64,000 nucleotides of DNA from Candidatus Binatia bacterium (GCA_963664395.2 OY761159.2:3520001-3584000), one strand, 5' to 3'. Shown: positions 21,619 to 31,662, numbered from the stretch's first letter. Notes: generated by a model from the letters alone, not told the origin. Program-made: numbers and translations.

Positions 21619-23097
21619 GTGAATATAACAAAGAGTGTGCAACGCCTCACCAGGGTTGACTATCTCGACGGTCTCGGGATAGCGGTTGGCACGCACGATA
21701 TCAGCTTGGTGCAGAGTACCAAGCGCTTCTTTCAGGTTGCGCTCAAAGAAGTCCGCACGATCCCCCTGCCGGAATTCTCCGAACGCCAGCCGGACCGGTT
21801 GGATCAGCCGGACCAGCCGAACCAGCCGAACCAGCCGGACCAGCTGGATCGGCCCGCCTTCGTGCGGCGTGCAGTCGCGGACTTTCTGAAAGACATCGGA
21901 ACAATCCCGGACCAGACAGTCCTGTGTCTTCCCCGCAAAGAGGCCAGCGTGAGCCGGCTCGTCGTGCCGGAAACCGCGCGCGACTCGCTGGAACAGGTCA
22001 TCCGCTATGAAGTGGAACGCCTGCTGCCCTTCCGTGAGGAGGAGATTTATTACGATTACCTGCTCACTGAGGAGGGAGGGGAAGAGCGGCGGCTGGGAGT
22101 CGTCATTTTTTGTCTGCCCCGCCAGACCGTCGATCCGCTGGTAGAACTCCTGGCCGAGCAAAACCTGCGCCCGCAGAGTGTCACCCTGAGCAGTGCGGGG
22201 CAAACCACAACCCTGCTCGCCTGTTGTCCGGCCGAGCACGGGCGGCAGATCCTTGCCGCCCGGGAAGACGGCAGCCTGGAGCTGAACTTTCTGAGTGAGC
22301 AGCAGCTTGTGGCAAGTCAAACAGTACCGGCCGGGCGGGTTGCCGAGGCCGACGCCTTGGCCGATATACTCGCCCGGAGTGTTGCCAGGAATTTCCCCGG
22401 CCGTGCCCCGGACACGACGCCGGTCTTTACCTGGGACGAGCAGGGGAGGCTGCCCCTCAGCGTGGAGCCGGACCGCGACCTGGTGCATTTGGCCCGAGAG
22501 CGGTTTCCGGTATTAGAGGCGGGCAGGTCGCTGTCTGTCTCCACCTGCGCCGCCATTGGAGCCGCCCTCCAGGCTGTGGGGGAGGGCGGAGAGGTCAATG
22601 TCCTGCCGGCTGAAAACCGGGCGCATCGGGAAAAACTGCTCACCCCCCTCACCGTAGTGTTTGTTGGCTGCATCCTGCTCTTCAGCCTTGTCTGGGCGAC
22701 TGGAATTGTGATCCAGGATCGCCGCACCCTCAACCATGTCCAAGACCGGATTCAGACCCTGGCCCCGGACGTGCACAGCGTCCAGGATCAGGAAGAAGAA
22801 GCGCACCGCCTCCAGGCACAACTCCAGACCCTGCGGTCCGAGACACGCATCCGGCTGACACCGCTCCTGGAGGATATATCCGAGCGCATCCCCCAGCAGG
22901 TCTACCTCACCGCGTTCCGTTTTAAGAATGGCCGCGTTGAACTCACGGGCGTTGCCAAGACGGGATCGGCCTCCGATCTGGTCGGGGTCCTTGAGGGGTC
23001 GCCCTGCCTTCAGAACGTTGCGCCAAAATCGCCATTCAAGAAAACGGGAGCGGGCGAAACCTTCACGCTGGGCGCACGGGTGCAGACATGCGGCTAG
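21619..23097 (+). CDS. GspL-like (PilM/PilN-domain) protein
   Basis: Actin-like cytoplasmic part (RLLPF..EEIYYDY), VNVLP, one TM helix, coiled coil, PilN-like C-terminus. Confidence 0.8.
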   Translation: MNITKSVQRLTRVDYLDGLGIAVGTHDISLVQSTKRFFQVALKEVRTIPLPEFSERQPDRLDQPDQPNQPNQPDQLDRPAFVRRAVADFLKDIGTIPDQTVLCLPRKEASVSRLVVPETARDSLEQVIRYEVERLLPFREEEIYYDYLLTEEGGEERRLGVVIFCLPRQTVDPLVELLAEQNLRPQSVTLSSAGQTTTLLACCPAEHGRQILAAREDGSLELNFLSEQQLVASQTVPAGRVAEADALADILARSVARNFPGRAPDTTPVFTWDEQGRLPLSVEPDRDLVHLARERFPVLEAGRSLSVSTCAAIGAALQAVGEGGEVNVLPAENRAHREKLLTPLTVVFVGCILLFSLVWATGIVIQDRRTLNHVQDRIQTLAPDVHSVQDQEEEAHRLQAQLQTLRSETRIRLTPLLEDISERIPQQVYLTAFRFKNGRVELTGVAKTGSASDLVGVLEGSPCLQNVAPKSPFKKTGAGETFTLGARVQTCG

Positions 23098-23723
23098 CCG
23101 CAATTCGGGCCGCCTGGCAACGATTCTCTCCCCGAGAGCGCACCTTGGCCGGTCTCGCCCTGGGCGCGTTGGTCGTGGTTGGTCTCCGCTATGGTATTGT
23201 CACCCCATACCTGGCGTATACAACCCGGCTCGAAGAGATGATCGACCGGGACGTGCAGCGTATTGCAAAAATGCAACGCCAGTGGGACCGGGCTGAAGAA
23301 GTCCGGAAGCGCGCGCGCACCCTGGAGAGGCGCTTTGCTGCGGCCTATAAACAACTGATCCCAGGGGAAACTCCTACACTCGCTGCCGCCCAGCTCCAGG
23401 AACGGGTCCAAACCCTGGCCGGTCAAAGTGGGCTGACAGTGGTCACGACTCAGGTGCGGAAAGAGAAATCGCTCGGATCATTGCGCAAGACCGCAGTCCA
23501 AATGACTCTTCGGGGGGACACGCCCGCTATTGCAGATTTTCTTTCACGCGTTGAGTATGGGAAGTGGTTGCTGTCCGTGTCCCGTTTAGAGGTCGGCCGG
23601 GGTACTACCCGCCGGAGAAGAAGAAAGCGGGCGGCGGCGGCACGCCCCCCACTCACGATTACGCTTGAGGTAGAGGGCGTCATGCAGGGAGCGCGGGCGA
23701 CACAGACGGCGCGGGCGGAGTAA
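23088..23723 (+). CDS. GspM/PilO-like protein
   Basis: SPRER + TM helix + coiled coil + ferredoxin-like domain; position in operon. Confidence 0.8.
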   Translation: MRLAAIRAAWQRFSPRERTLAGLALGALVVVGLRYGIVTPYLAYTTRLEEMIDRDVQRIAKMQRQWDRAEEVRKRARTLERRFAAAYKQLIPGETPTLAAAQLQERVQTLAGQSGLTVVTTQVRKEKSLGSLRKTAVQMTLRGDTPAIADFLSRVEYGKWLLSVSRLEVGRGTTRRRRRKRAAAARPPLTITLEVEGVMQGARATQTARAE

Positions 23724-23732
23724 AACGCAGTC

Positions 23733-24466
23733 ATGCGGGTTCGACGATTTTTACATGCTATTCTGGCGGTCACGGCCCTATGCCTGGCCTGGCAAATTAT
23801 TGCGACCTGGAACCGGACTCCGCCCATTCCCGGCGTTTCGCCGAGCCCGACTCAAGAAGAGGCTGTGGCCCTCATTTCCCTGCCGGTCCGCTCTCCTCAG
23901 ACGGGACAACGTTTAGTCAAACAGATCACTGCCAAAGACCTGTTTTCGCCGGAACGCAAGCCGCGGGAGGTTGTCGTGCAAACCGCTCCGACAGCGCCTG
24001 TCGAACCGCCTTCTCATCTCAAGCTAGTCGGCGTCCTGCTGATACCGGGCCGGGAAGAAGCCTTTCTGGCGGACTCCAAACAGAAGAATAAAGTCACGCG
24101 GGTGCGGAAAGGGGAGTACATCGGCGAGTATTATCTCGCCACCCTGACCGCCGCGCACGCCACCCTCTCGCGTAGCTCGGACGGCGAAGAATTCGCCGTG
24201 CCGTTAACGCTGCTCGACAGTCAAAGCGCAAAGAAGCTCCCCCGGCTGACGCCCAAGAAAGCATCGGTCCGGAAAACGTCGGGACAAGCCCGGCAGGCTG
24301 GTCAGGCCGGTGGGGACGCCGCCCAACAAAAAGGCGAGGATGCGGGGCAGATTCGACAGAATATTCGACAATTGCAAAAACGACTGCGCCAGCTCCGGCG
24401 ACAGGCGGCGCGTGATCGTCAGCCCAAGTCAGAGCCAGAGGCCAAGCCAAGTCAGAGGAACGCTAA
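23733..24466 (+). CDS. GspC-like protein (probable 1-bp frameshift near 24447)
   Basis: TM helix, DLFSPER, LKLVGV HR-domain; adding one C gives ...KPKSEER* ending just before gspD. Confidence 0.65.
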
Positions 24467-24484
24467 CGAGTGCGAGAGGCATAC

Positions 24485-26713
24485 ATGCGGATATGGCAGA
24501 CACGGGAGAGGATGGTATGGACGAGGTGCCGGGCGGTTCTGCTCGCAGGTGTTTTCCTGCTGAGTTCTTTCCTGCCGGGCCTTCCAGCGTCGGGCCGTGC
24601 TCAGACCGCTCCACCGGATCAACTTGATCAACTTGATCAACTTGATCGGATTGATTCCGGTGATCCGGCTGAGGTAACTGACAGTGAGGAAATGACCGAC
24701 AGTGCTGAGGAGTGTGTCCCTGTTGGCGAGACGGAATTCATTGAGTTCAACTTTGAAGGGGCCGACATTCGAGAAGTGATCCAGGGGATGGCCGCCGGGC
24801 TGTGCATTCACTATTCGATTGATCCTCGGGTGCAGGGAACGGTGACCATTCGGACGGCGAGCAAAATCAGTGGCCAGGATCTGTTCCCGCTGTTCCATCA
24901 GATCCTGCGTATCAATGGGATAGCCGCGGTGAAGGCCGGCGAAATCTACCATATTGCTCCGGTTGGAGAGGCAAAAACCAGGGTGCTGCTCATGCAGGAA
25001 AACACCCAGCGGTACGAAGCCTCCGCGCAGGACGAGTTCGTTATTGAACTGGTCAAGGTAGAGCATGTTGCGGTACAGAAAATCGTTGAAATCCTGCAAC
25101 CCTTTGTCTCGCCCGGTGGCGGGGCGGTCGCGTACGCGCGTGGCAATCTGATCATCCTGACGGACCTGGCGTCGAACGTGGTGCGCCTCCGAGACCTGAT
25201 CGCGACTTTTGATACCGATACGTTCCGGGAACTCCGCGCCCAGATATACCGGATTGAGCATGCCAATATCGAAGATATCGGCAAGGAGCTGGCCGCGATC
25301 CTCGAGCCCTACGGTGTGACGGTACAGAACATGGAAGAACGCGGGGTATATATTATTCCGCTCACTCGGCTGGACGCTATCGTCGTCATTGGCTTTAATG
25401 ACGAGATTTTCAGTCAGATTGAGAAATGGATCAAAGTCCTTGACGTCCCACCCGAAAAAGGCGGCAGTCGCGTAGTCCAGGTCTATTCGGTCGAGAATAC
25501 CAAGGCCGCCGACCTGGCCGGGGTGCTGGGTAATTTATACGGCGGCGGCGGAGGCCGAAGCAGCAGCGGGCGTGACCGGAAGAACGAGAATCGCCAGAAT
25601 GAATCGGGGGAGGGGCTGGGCCGCAGCGGTGGGCTCGGGGGGCGAGGGTCACGAGGGGGCGGAACCCAGAGTCTCCTGATCGATCCCAAAGAAGACGAGA
25701 ACCTGATATTCAAGGAAGAAGTCAGAATTGTCGCGGACGAGATCTCGAACTCACTCATTATTCTCGCCACCCCCCGCGATTACGACAGAATCCGGGACGT
25801 GCTGGTCCGCATCGACGTGGTTCCGCGGCAGGTGCTGATTGAAGCCATCATTGCGGAGATAACGCTCAATGACGACTTGCAGTTCGGGCTCGAATACGCC
25901 TTTGCCAGCGGGGGCTTGAAGAACCTGTTCGGCTCCGTAGGAGGGGGCGGCTCAAGTGGCATTGGGGTCGGAGAAGAAGGGGGTCTGAGCATCGGCAATA
26001 GTGCGCTGCTCCAGTCCGGAGCAAAGCGGGCGGTCAATATCGGCAAGAATGGGCTTTTTTCTTTTATCACCGACCAGGAGCATTTTCTGGCCCTGATACA
26101 CGCCGTCCACGCCCGCTCCAAGGTGAATATCCTGGCGACGCCGCATGTGATTGCCGCAGATAATCGTGAGGCGCATATCCTGATCGGTGAAGAGGTGCCG
26201 ATTCTGACCTCCACCCAACAGAGCACCCTGGCCAGCGCGAACATTGTGTCCAGCATCCAATATCGTGATACCGGCACGATCCTGACCATCCTGCCCCAGG
26301 TCAACTCGGCCGGGCTGGTGAATATGGAGATTCGCCAGGAAGTCAGCAACGTCGGGGTGACCTCGTTTGGCGATACCAACTCGCCCAGCTTCACTTCGCG
26401 TGAAACAGAAACAACCGTCGTCGTGCGCGACCGCGAGTCTGTCCTGATTGGCGGCATTATTGACGAACGGGTCGAGCGTTCCCGCAACGGCATTCCTTTT
26501 CTGATGGACGTACCGGTCCTGGGCCGCCTCTTCCGGGTCGAACAGGACAAACGGGAACGGACCGAACTGATCATTCTCATTACGCCCTACGTCATTCGAG
26601 ACCGGAACGAAGCACAAGCTGTGACTCAGGAGTTTACGAATCGGGTCGGCCGACTCCGAAAAATGATTGAAGGCGCCCGCCAGACCCAGCAGCCCGGCGC
26701 CGGCAAGAAGTAG
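24485..26713 (+). CDS. gspD: T2SS secretin
   Basis: FNFEGADIREVI N0 domain, QVLIEAIIAE, PFLMDVPVLG.LF, TELIILITP. Confidence 0.95.
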   Translation: MRIWQTRERMVWTRCRAVLLAGVFLLSSFLPGLPASGRAQTAPPDQLDQLDQLDRIDSGDPAEVTDSEEMTDSAEECVPVGETEFIEFNFEGADIREVIQGMAAGLCIHYSIDPRVQGTVTIRTASKISGQDLFPLFHQILRINGIAAVKAGEIYHIAPVGEAKTRVLLMQENTQRYEASAQDEFVIELVKVEHVAVQKIVEILQPFVSPGGGAVAYARGNLIILTDLASNVVRLRDLIATFDTDTFRELRAQIYRIEHANIEDIGKELAAILEPYGVTVQNMEERGVYIIPLTRLDAIVVIGFNDEIFSQIEKWIKVLDVPPEKGGSRVVQVYSVENTKAADLAGVLGNLYGGGGGRSSSGRDRKNENRQNESGEGLGRSGGLGGRGSRGGGTQSLLIDPKEDENLIFKEEVRIVADEISNSLIILATPRDYDRIRDVLVRIDVVPRQVLIEAIIAEITLNDDLQFGLEYAFASGGLKNLFGSVGGGGSSGIGVGEEGGLSIGNSALLQSGAKRAVNIGKNGLFSFITDQEHFLALIHAVHARSKVNILATPHVIAADNREAHILIGEEVPILTSTQQSTLASANIVSSIQYRDTGTILTILPQVNSAGLVNMEIRQEVSNVGVTSFGDTNSPSFTSRETETTVVVRDRESVLIGGIIDERVERSRNGIPFLMDVPVLGRLFRVEQDKRERTELIILITPYVIRDRNEAQAVTQEFTNRVGRLRKMIEGARQTQQPGAGKK

Positions 26714-26727
26714 AATCAGCCTTACAC

Positions 26728-26921
26728 ATCCCCTCCTTGGAGGGAAAGAGGAAACGTGTCCTCAACAGAGTAGGCAGATGTTGACACGTTTCCTCTTTGT
26801 GCCGCGTGAGCGGCGGGGTGGGTTTCTTCTGGGTTTCTTCTCTGGGGGGAAGCTAAGACAAAAGAGGCAGGGGGCAACCCACCCCGGCCCTTCGGGCCAC
26901 CCCTCCAAGGAGGGGAGCAGA
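26728..26921. repeat. family A REP pair, left unit interrupted by a family B element (26745-26798)
   Basis: TCCCCTCCTTGGAGGG[AAAGAGGAAACGTGTC...GACACGTTTCCTCTTT]GTGCCGCG...GGGGTGGG, then a forward GGCC unit. Confidence 0.85.
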
Positions 26922-26925
26922 GATT

Positions 26926-27315
26926 ATGAAGCGGAAGATCGTGCCGTATAACCCGCGATTGAAGGAACTCGCTCGGCAACTTCGGAAGCAGATGACGCGG
27001 GCGGAGGCTCTGTTGTGGCAACAGCTCAAGGCACGGCAGATGGAGGGCTGTGACTTTGACCGACAGCGCCCTATCGATGAGTATATCGTGGACTTTTTTA
27101 GTAAGGACCTCATGCTGGCCATTGAGATTGATGGAGTAACACACGATACCGAAGCTGGACAGAAAAACGATCAGCGGAGGCAGAAACGCCTGGAAGCTCT
27201 GGGTGTCCGATTTTTGCGCTTTCAGGATGAGGAGGTCAAGCAGAATCTGGAAGGAGTGTTGACGGTCATTCGGGGGTGGATCGGGAAGAATAAACCCACC
27301 CCTCCGAGGAGCTAA
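26926..27315 (+). CDS. DUF559 (Vsr-like PD-(D/E)XK) endonuclease-domain protein
   Basis: ARQLRKQMTRAE.LLW, FDRQ, YIVDF, IEIDG.TH, DQRR...G.RFLRF. Confidence 0.9.
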   Translation: MKRKIVPYNPRLKELARQLRKQMTRAEALLWQQLKARQMEGCDFDRQRPIDEYIVDFFSKDLMLAIEIDGVTHDTEAGQKNDQRRQKRLEALGVRFLRFQDEEVKQNLEGVLTVIRGWIGKNKPTPPRS

Positions 27316-27642
27316 GACAAAGGGGCAACCCACCCCGGCCTACGGCCACCCCTCCAAGGAGGGGAGCAGAACACATCCCCTCTCGGTCAAGGCTCTCACT
27401 ATCACCATAAGTGACATTTTTATCCCCTCCTCGGAGGGGTGGCCCGCAGGGCCGGGGTGGGTTCCTGGCACGCCCTCACGAGGAAACCCACCCCGCCGCT
27501 ACGCGGCACCCCTCCTGGGAGGGGATGGTGAAGGGAGCGCTACGCGGCACCCCTCCTGGGAGGGGATGGTGAAGGGAGCGCTGCGCGGCACCCCCTTCGA
27601 CTGGGCTCAGGACAGGCCCCCAAGAGGGGATGGTGAAGGGGG
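27310..27642. repeat. cluster of family A REP units, including three tandem ~41-bp units and a family C insert
   Basis: Units at 27327(+), 27422(-), 27485(+) and tandem copies; CCTTCGACTGGGCTCAGGACAGG at 27594-27616. Confidence 0.85.
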
Positions 27643-27692
27643 ATGCGGGTGACTGCTTGACAACCGAAACCGGGTTTGAACTAATACGCCAC

Positions 27693-28001
27693 ATGGCCGC
27701 CGCCGAAGACACAAGCTGGGAATACACGTTAGGCCGCATTGATGAGCGGACCGAGAACCTGGAGAAGCGCGTTGATGAACGGTTCGAGAACCTGGAGAAG
27801 CGCATTGATGAACGGTTCGAGAACCTGGAGAAGCGCATTGACGAGCGGTTCGAGCATGTGGAACAGCGTCTTGGACGTGTGGAGTTTGATGTGAAGGGTA
27901 TTCAGAAGACGATTGACGAGAAGATGCTCAACAAGACAACCTTCTTCACGTTTACCAGCGTTGGCGCCGGTCTCCTGGCCGCGATGATCGCGCTGAAGTA
28001 G
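27693..28001 (+). CDS. small coiled-coil protein with C-terminal membrane anchor
   Basis: 11-aa repeat RIDERFENLEK x3-4, hydrophobic C-terminus. Confidence 0.75.
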   Translation: MAAAEDTSWEYTLGRIDERTENLEKRVDERFENLEKRIDERFENLEKRIDERFEHVEQRLGRVEFDVKGIQKTIDEKMLNKTTFFTFTSVGAGLLAAMIALK

Positions 28002-28101
28002 CTGTTGTGAAACACTCCTGACTCAAGCCAACCCCTTTGCTATTGACACCTTTTCCAAGAGTACACTATAGTAATTTCATAATGCGCAAGGCTTTACGGG
28101 A

Positions 28102-28578
28102 GTGGGAAACGAGCACGTGGTGATGGAAAAGTCCGGACGCTACCAGCCAGCCATACGCGGCATCGTGGGGGGAGTTGTCCTAGTAGCAGCCCTGGCCGCA
28201 TTCCTTGGGTCGAGTCAGTCCGAAGCCGGGATTAAACAACGGGCCACGGCGTTCTGGGAAGCCCGTATCCAGGGTGACGACTTGACAGCCTATCAATACG
28301 AAACCTATGCCCACACCGGAGAGCTGACCGCCACGCAATATATCCAGGCCCTGTCGCCGATGCTGAAATACATGGCTTACACCATCGACACCATCCAGGA
28401 GCAGGAAAACGAAGCCTCGGTCACGGTCAATGTGCGATGCCGGATAGACATTCCGGGCATGCTTGACGTGCCCTTATCTATGCCGATAAAGGAGCGTTGG
28501 GTGCGTCTTGACGATAGCCAGTGGTACCGCAACGTCAAACCCGAAAAGCTCGGCAAGGCCGCCCGTCGGCAGGGCTGA
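28102..28578 (+). CDS. exported or membrane-anchored hypothetical protein
   Basis: N-terminal hydrophobic segment; TTGACA-18-TATAGT promoter at 28043-28072. Confidence 0.75.
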   Translation: MGNEHVVMEKSGRYQPAIRGIVGGVVLVAALAAFLGSSQSEAGIKQRATAFWEARIQGDDLTAYQYETYAHTGELTATQYIQALSPMLKYMAYTIDTIQEQENEASVTVNVRCRIDIPGMLDVPLSMPIKERWVRLDDSQWYRNVKPEKLGKAARRQG

Positions 28579-28586
28579 ATGTTTGC

Positions 28587-28615
28587 TTGACAGGGTATGG
28601 GATATTCACTATGGT
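28587..28615 (+). promoter_or_regulatory. near-consensus sigma70 promoter with ~190-nt leader
   Basis: TTGACA-17 bp-TATGGT; AAGGAG RBS before ATG 28810. Confidence 0.7.
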
Positions 28616-28809
28616 GCTCAGCAATCACGCCACACGGGGAAAATCGAAAGGCAATATTGATGTTCGGGCCGGACCGGAAAGGGCCATATGAAGGAGGCGA
28701 GGTATTGGCGAACACTAACGAAAACAAGTCCCCGGTGCCAGGTGGATATATGAGCAACACGACACATAAAACAGAAGAAAGAAGTTTTCAGGAAGAAAGG
28801 AGAGACGTG

Positions 28810-30328
28810 ATGAAGATGAATAAAATGTTTACGGGCCTAATCGCGTTGGTGGCGGGCGTTGCCCTCTCGGCGGGGAGTGCCTTTGCAACCAAGGGTTACT
28901 ACCATAGGTGACCCGGCCAGGATGAAACTGGTCCCTTATTATGAGACCGGAGAGCTCGCTGACCGCGATTGTCAATGTCCAGAACCTGTCGCCGCAAGAG
29001 GCCACTACTGCGGCTCTGCAATGGCTGTTACGGCTGCTCAGGCTGCATTGGATGCTCTTAATGATATGGAGTTGAGCCTGACCATGCAGATACAATGCGG
29101 GCTGATGCTGAGATGGCCCTTGCGGATGCTATGGATGCGCTTTACACCGAACACCTCTTCGTTGTCGTGAATGTCCACGACGCAATGGGTATGATGATGG
29201 AGGATGCGTCAGAGAACTGTGTCTGGCAGAGAACCAGTTCGGATATGTCATTCTCACGGGGTTTGAGATGATGCATGGCGGAGATATCCCCAACCGCAGC
29301 GCTTGGTGCTCTCGATGGGCTGGTGACATCCCCGCATACGGCTATGTGAAGTCATGGCGGAGGGTCAGAAATGGTACGGCTGCGAGGGCCGCCCCGGCGA
29401 CCTGACGGATGGAGGCAGGTTACTGAGCCAGATTGCTGAGTAGCGGATTGTAGGCACTGAGTCCATTTGGCCAGCTCGCCGCCTGGACCATGTCCAGGAC
29501 ACTGGCACTGGTGCTTCTTCGGGACGGAAGTGATCGACCCTGCTCGATGGACCATTCTCCAGGACGTTGGGAGTGGTTTCTTCGGGACGGAATTGCATGC
29601 CCGACTGGCCTGCTATACAATTACAATGATGGCGGATGAGATGCTGAGCCACTCGATGATGCTACTGCCTGCCCGAATGATGCTACCGCTAAGTGTGACC
29701 CAGCAATATGACAATAGGAATCCGACTTCATGATCCGGTGCGGCTTGATTCCCGAACGGCATGATAACAGGGGCGATCTACCAATGCATGCGACGGTACT
29801 GGGACTGACTATGCCGCTGTCTGATGATGCGAGGCAACCACTCCTCGACTCCATGGTCATGCCATCGCCCGGTACGATACTGGGGCTGATGATTCCATGT
29901 CTTTGTGTGGTTGGCAACAGGCCACGACGATGAGGATGCCCCATGCGAGCGATGTCCCGGCCCGCTTGCGTAATCGTGATGCGAAGACGGGACGATGGCA
30001 TGATTCCAGGGGACCATGTATCGCCGGGTGATGATGGCCCATCGCAAGTCCCCGCCCCGACCATAAGGTCACCATGATAGACCCGATGGTGATGCTGGGT
30101 CATGTACACCGACATGTGATGCGGGCGACCGCGGTGTGCTGCGAATCACGATGCCGGATGGCAGCCACGCCGGCATGGTGTGGACCCATATCTCTCAGAT
30201 GAATGGAACAACTTCCGCATGAACTTCCCTGGGTACAACATGGCCAATCCGATGCCTGATGAGATGGGTGTTGCTGACGTGAGGCTGATGGAAACTGAGG
30301 TGGCTGCGGCCGCCTGCATGGCCCGTAA
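28810..30328 (+). pseudogene. multiply frameshifted secreted protein (~500 aa), candidate S-layer protein
   Basis: Sec signal MKMNKMFTGLIALVAGVALSAGSAFA; protein-like fragments continue across frames (KLVPYYETG, AQAALDAL, ENQFGYVIL); strong terminator after TAA. Confidence 0.6.
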
Positions 30329-30391
30329 CTCATCGTAACACGGCTCTAACAGAAGGAGGCAAGGGTTTCGGCCCTTGCCTCCTTTTTTTGT
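30326..30391 (+). terminator. ~67-bp stop+terminator repeat, copy 1
   Basis: TAAC...AACACGGCTC...GGAGGCAAGGG-TTTCGG-CCCTTGCCTCC-T7. Confidence 0.85.
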
Positions 30392-30430
30392 GTGTGATTG
30401 TCGGGCAGGACGAGGAGAAGGGGGTATGCG

Positions 30431-30529
30431 ATGACCGGCTATGAAGAACCGGCCATGCGTGCGGCCCTGGCCCTGGAAGCGGCCAACCAATCCAATTGGG
30501 CAGAGATTGCCGGCGTCATGCTCATATAA
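30431..30529 (+). pseudogene. truncated small membrane-protein gene
   Basis: MTGYEEPAMRAALALEAANQSNWAEIAGVMLI* resembles the N-terminus of the 32007 protein (AALQALVAPNWVDIGG); ends at a repeat boundary. Confidence 0.4.
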
Positions 30530-30671
30530 ACTCCCCCCCCCCCCAGATATTTTCGATTAAAAGGCAGATAGATTCTCCATCCCCTCTTGGGAGGGGTGCC
30601 GCGTAGCACCTGTCCTGAGCCGAGTCGAAGCCTGTCCTGAGCCCTAGTCGAAGGGGGGCGGGGTGGGTTTC
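30528..30671. repeat. shared linker + family A REP with two tandem family C inserts
   Basis: AACTCCCC...CAGATAT.TTCGATTAAAAGGCAGATAGATT also at 31743; CCTGTCCTGAGCC...GTCGAAG x2 at 30609-30654. Confidence 0.8.
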
Positions 30672-30781
30672 GTCATCTCGCACCACCGGGCTGTCTTCAC
30701 GTAAGCCCTCTAGCCCTTGACGCTGTTTTGTGCTCTGCTCTATTCTCAAATGCACAGAAGGAGAAAGGGAGGACGTACCGT

Positions 30782-31006
30782 ATGACCCGTAAACGACCTG
30801 ATGGCACGACGGAAGGAATGCGGGCGCTCAGTGTGTCGGAGGGGAGGGGTGAAGCAGAAGCAAAAAAAATAGGGCGGAAGGCCCCTGTGGATTCCACGGA
30901 AGACGATTACGATTACATGATTGGGCAGGCGTGCGTTCGGGATTTGAAAGCTGGGCGCACCCACATCGTTCCTGACGAAGAATGGTTGCTGCGATTGATG
31001 AGCTGA
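30782..31006 (+). CDS. putative antitoxin
   Basis: Small protein with acidic EDDYD...LKAGRTHIVPDEE tail, overlaps a RelE-like gene; TTGACG-18-TATTCT promoter. Confidence 0.55.
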   Translation: MTRKRPDGTTEGMRALSVSEGRGEAEAKKIGRKAPVDSTEDDYDYMIGQACVRDLKAGRTHIVPDEEWLLRLMS

Positions 31007-31176
31007 AGTCTCCTGACGTGAGTCATAAGAAGGTGAAGAAGCTCAAAGGGCGGAAGAAGGGAGAACCACCGATCTACCGAGTCCGTGCTGGAAATTATCG
31101 GGCGTTGTACACGGTTGATGAGAATGATGGCGTGACCATCCTGCATATCCGTCACAGAAGCGACGCCTACAAGTAG
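30982..31176 (+). CDS. RelE/ParE-family toxin, N-terminally short
   Basis: VKKLKG...YRVRAGNYRALY...ILHIRHRSDAY. Confidence 0.8.
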   Translation: MVAAIDELKSPDVSHKKVKKLKGRKKGEPPIYRVRAGNYRALYTVDENDGVTILHIRHRSDAYK

Positions 31177-31182
31177 AATACC

Positions 31183-31209
31183 AAAAGCCCGGTCACATGG
31201 CCGGGCTTT
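31183..31209 (+). terminator. intrinsic terminator
   Basis: AAAGCCCGG-TCACATGG-CCGGGCTTT. Confidence 0.7.
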
Positions 31210-31252
31210 CTATCTCCACCACCTCCCATGGGCTAGGGTGGGCAGAAGCTAC

Positions 31253-31320
31253 TAACATCACCCCTAACACGGCTCAGACACACGGAGGCAAGGGTTGCGG
31301 CCCTTACCTCCTTTTTTTGT
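31253..31320 (+). terminator. ~67-bp stop+terminator repeat, copy 2
   Basis: TAACATCACCCCTAACACGGCTCAGACACACGGAGGCAAGGGTTGCGGCCCTTACCTCC-T7. Confidence 0.85.
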
Positions 31321-31422
31321 CCGCGATCAGACGCGTATTTTGCTGGCAATAAAGACTTGGTGGCGGAGGAGAAATGAAAAAGCCCGGCTGATTGGCCGGG
31401 CTACAATGTTCGCAATGCCTGT

Positions 31423-31662
31423 CTACTCTGGTAGAAACTTTGCCGCCAGGGCGCCGAGAGAGAGCAACAAGGCTATCACGCTCACAAAAACACTGTTCTT
31501 GCCTTTGGTCGCCTCGTGTTTCGCCTCTTCCACTTCTGCTTTCGTCGCAATATGAGGGAGGGTCGCTTCTATTTTGGCAAGGCTCACTTTTATATCAGTG
31601 ACATCCGCCTTCATTTCATGGATGTCTGTTTCTATCCGCTGAAGGCGTTCATCTGTCTCCAT
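31423..31662 (-). CDS. small coiled-coil protein with C-terminal TM helix
   Basis: ERLQRIETDI...ATKAEV, hydrophobic tail; AGGGAAGAG RBS; hairpin terminator at 31377-31402. Confidence 0.75.
   Translation of the reverse strand: METDERLQRIETDIHEMKADVTDIKVSLAKIEATLPHIATKAEVEEAKHEATKGKNSVFVSVIALLLSLGALAAKFLPE

Noticed and set aside
27485-27642. Possible CRISPR array (three ~41-bp units)
   Set aside because: Units are tandem with identical linkers, no unique spacers and no cas genes; they belong to REP family A
28620-28809. Riboswitch in the long leader (GAAA-loop hairpins)
   Set aside because: Could not match a known aptamer by eye; an Rfam/Infernal search is needed
30533-30544. C12 tract as a phase-variation switch
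   Set aside because: Intergenic, not in a promoter or ORF, C6 in the sister copy, and homopolymer lengths are unreliable here
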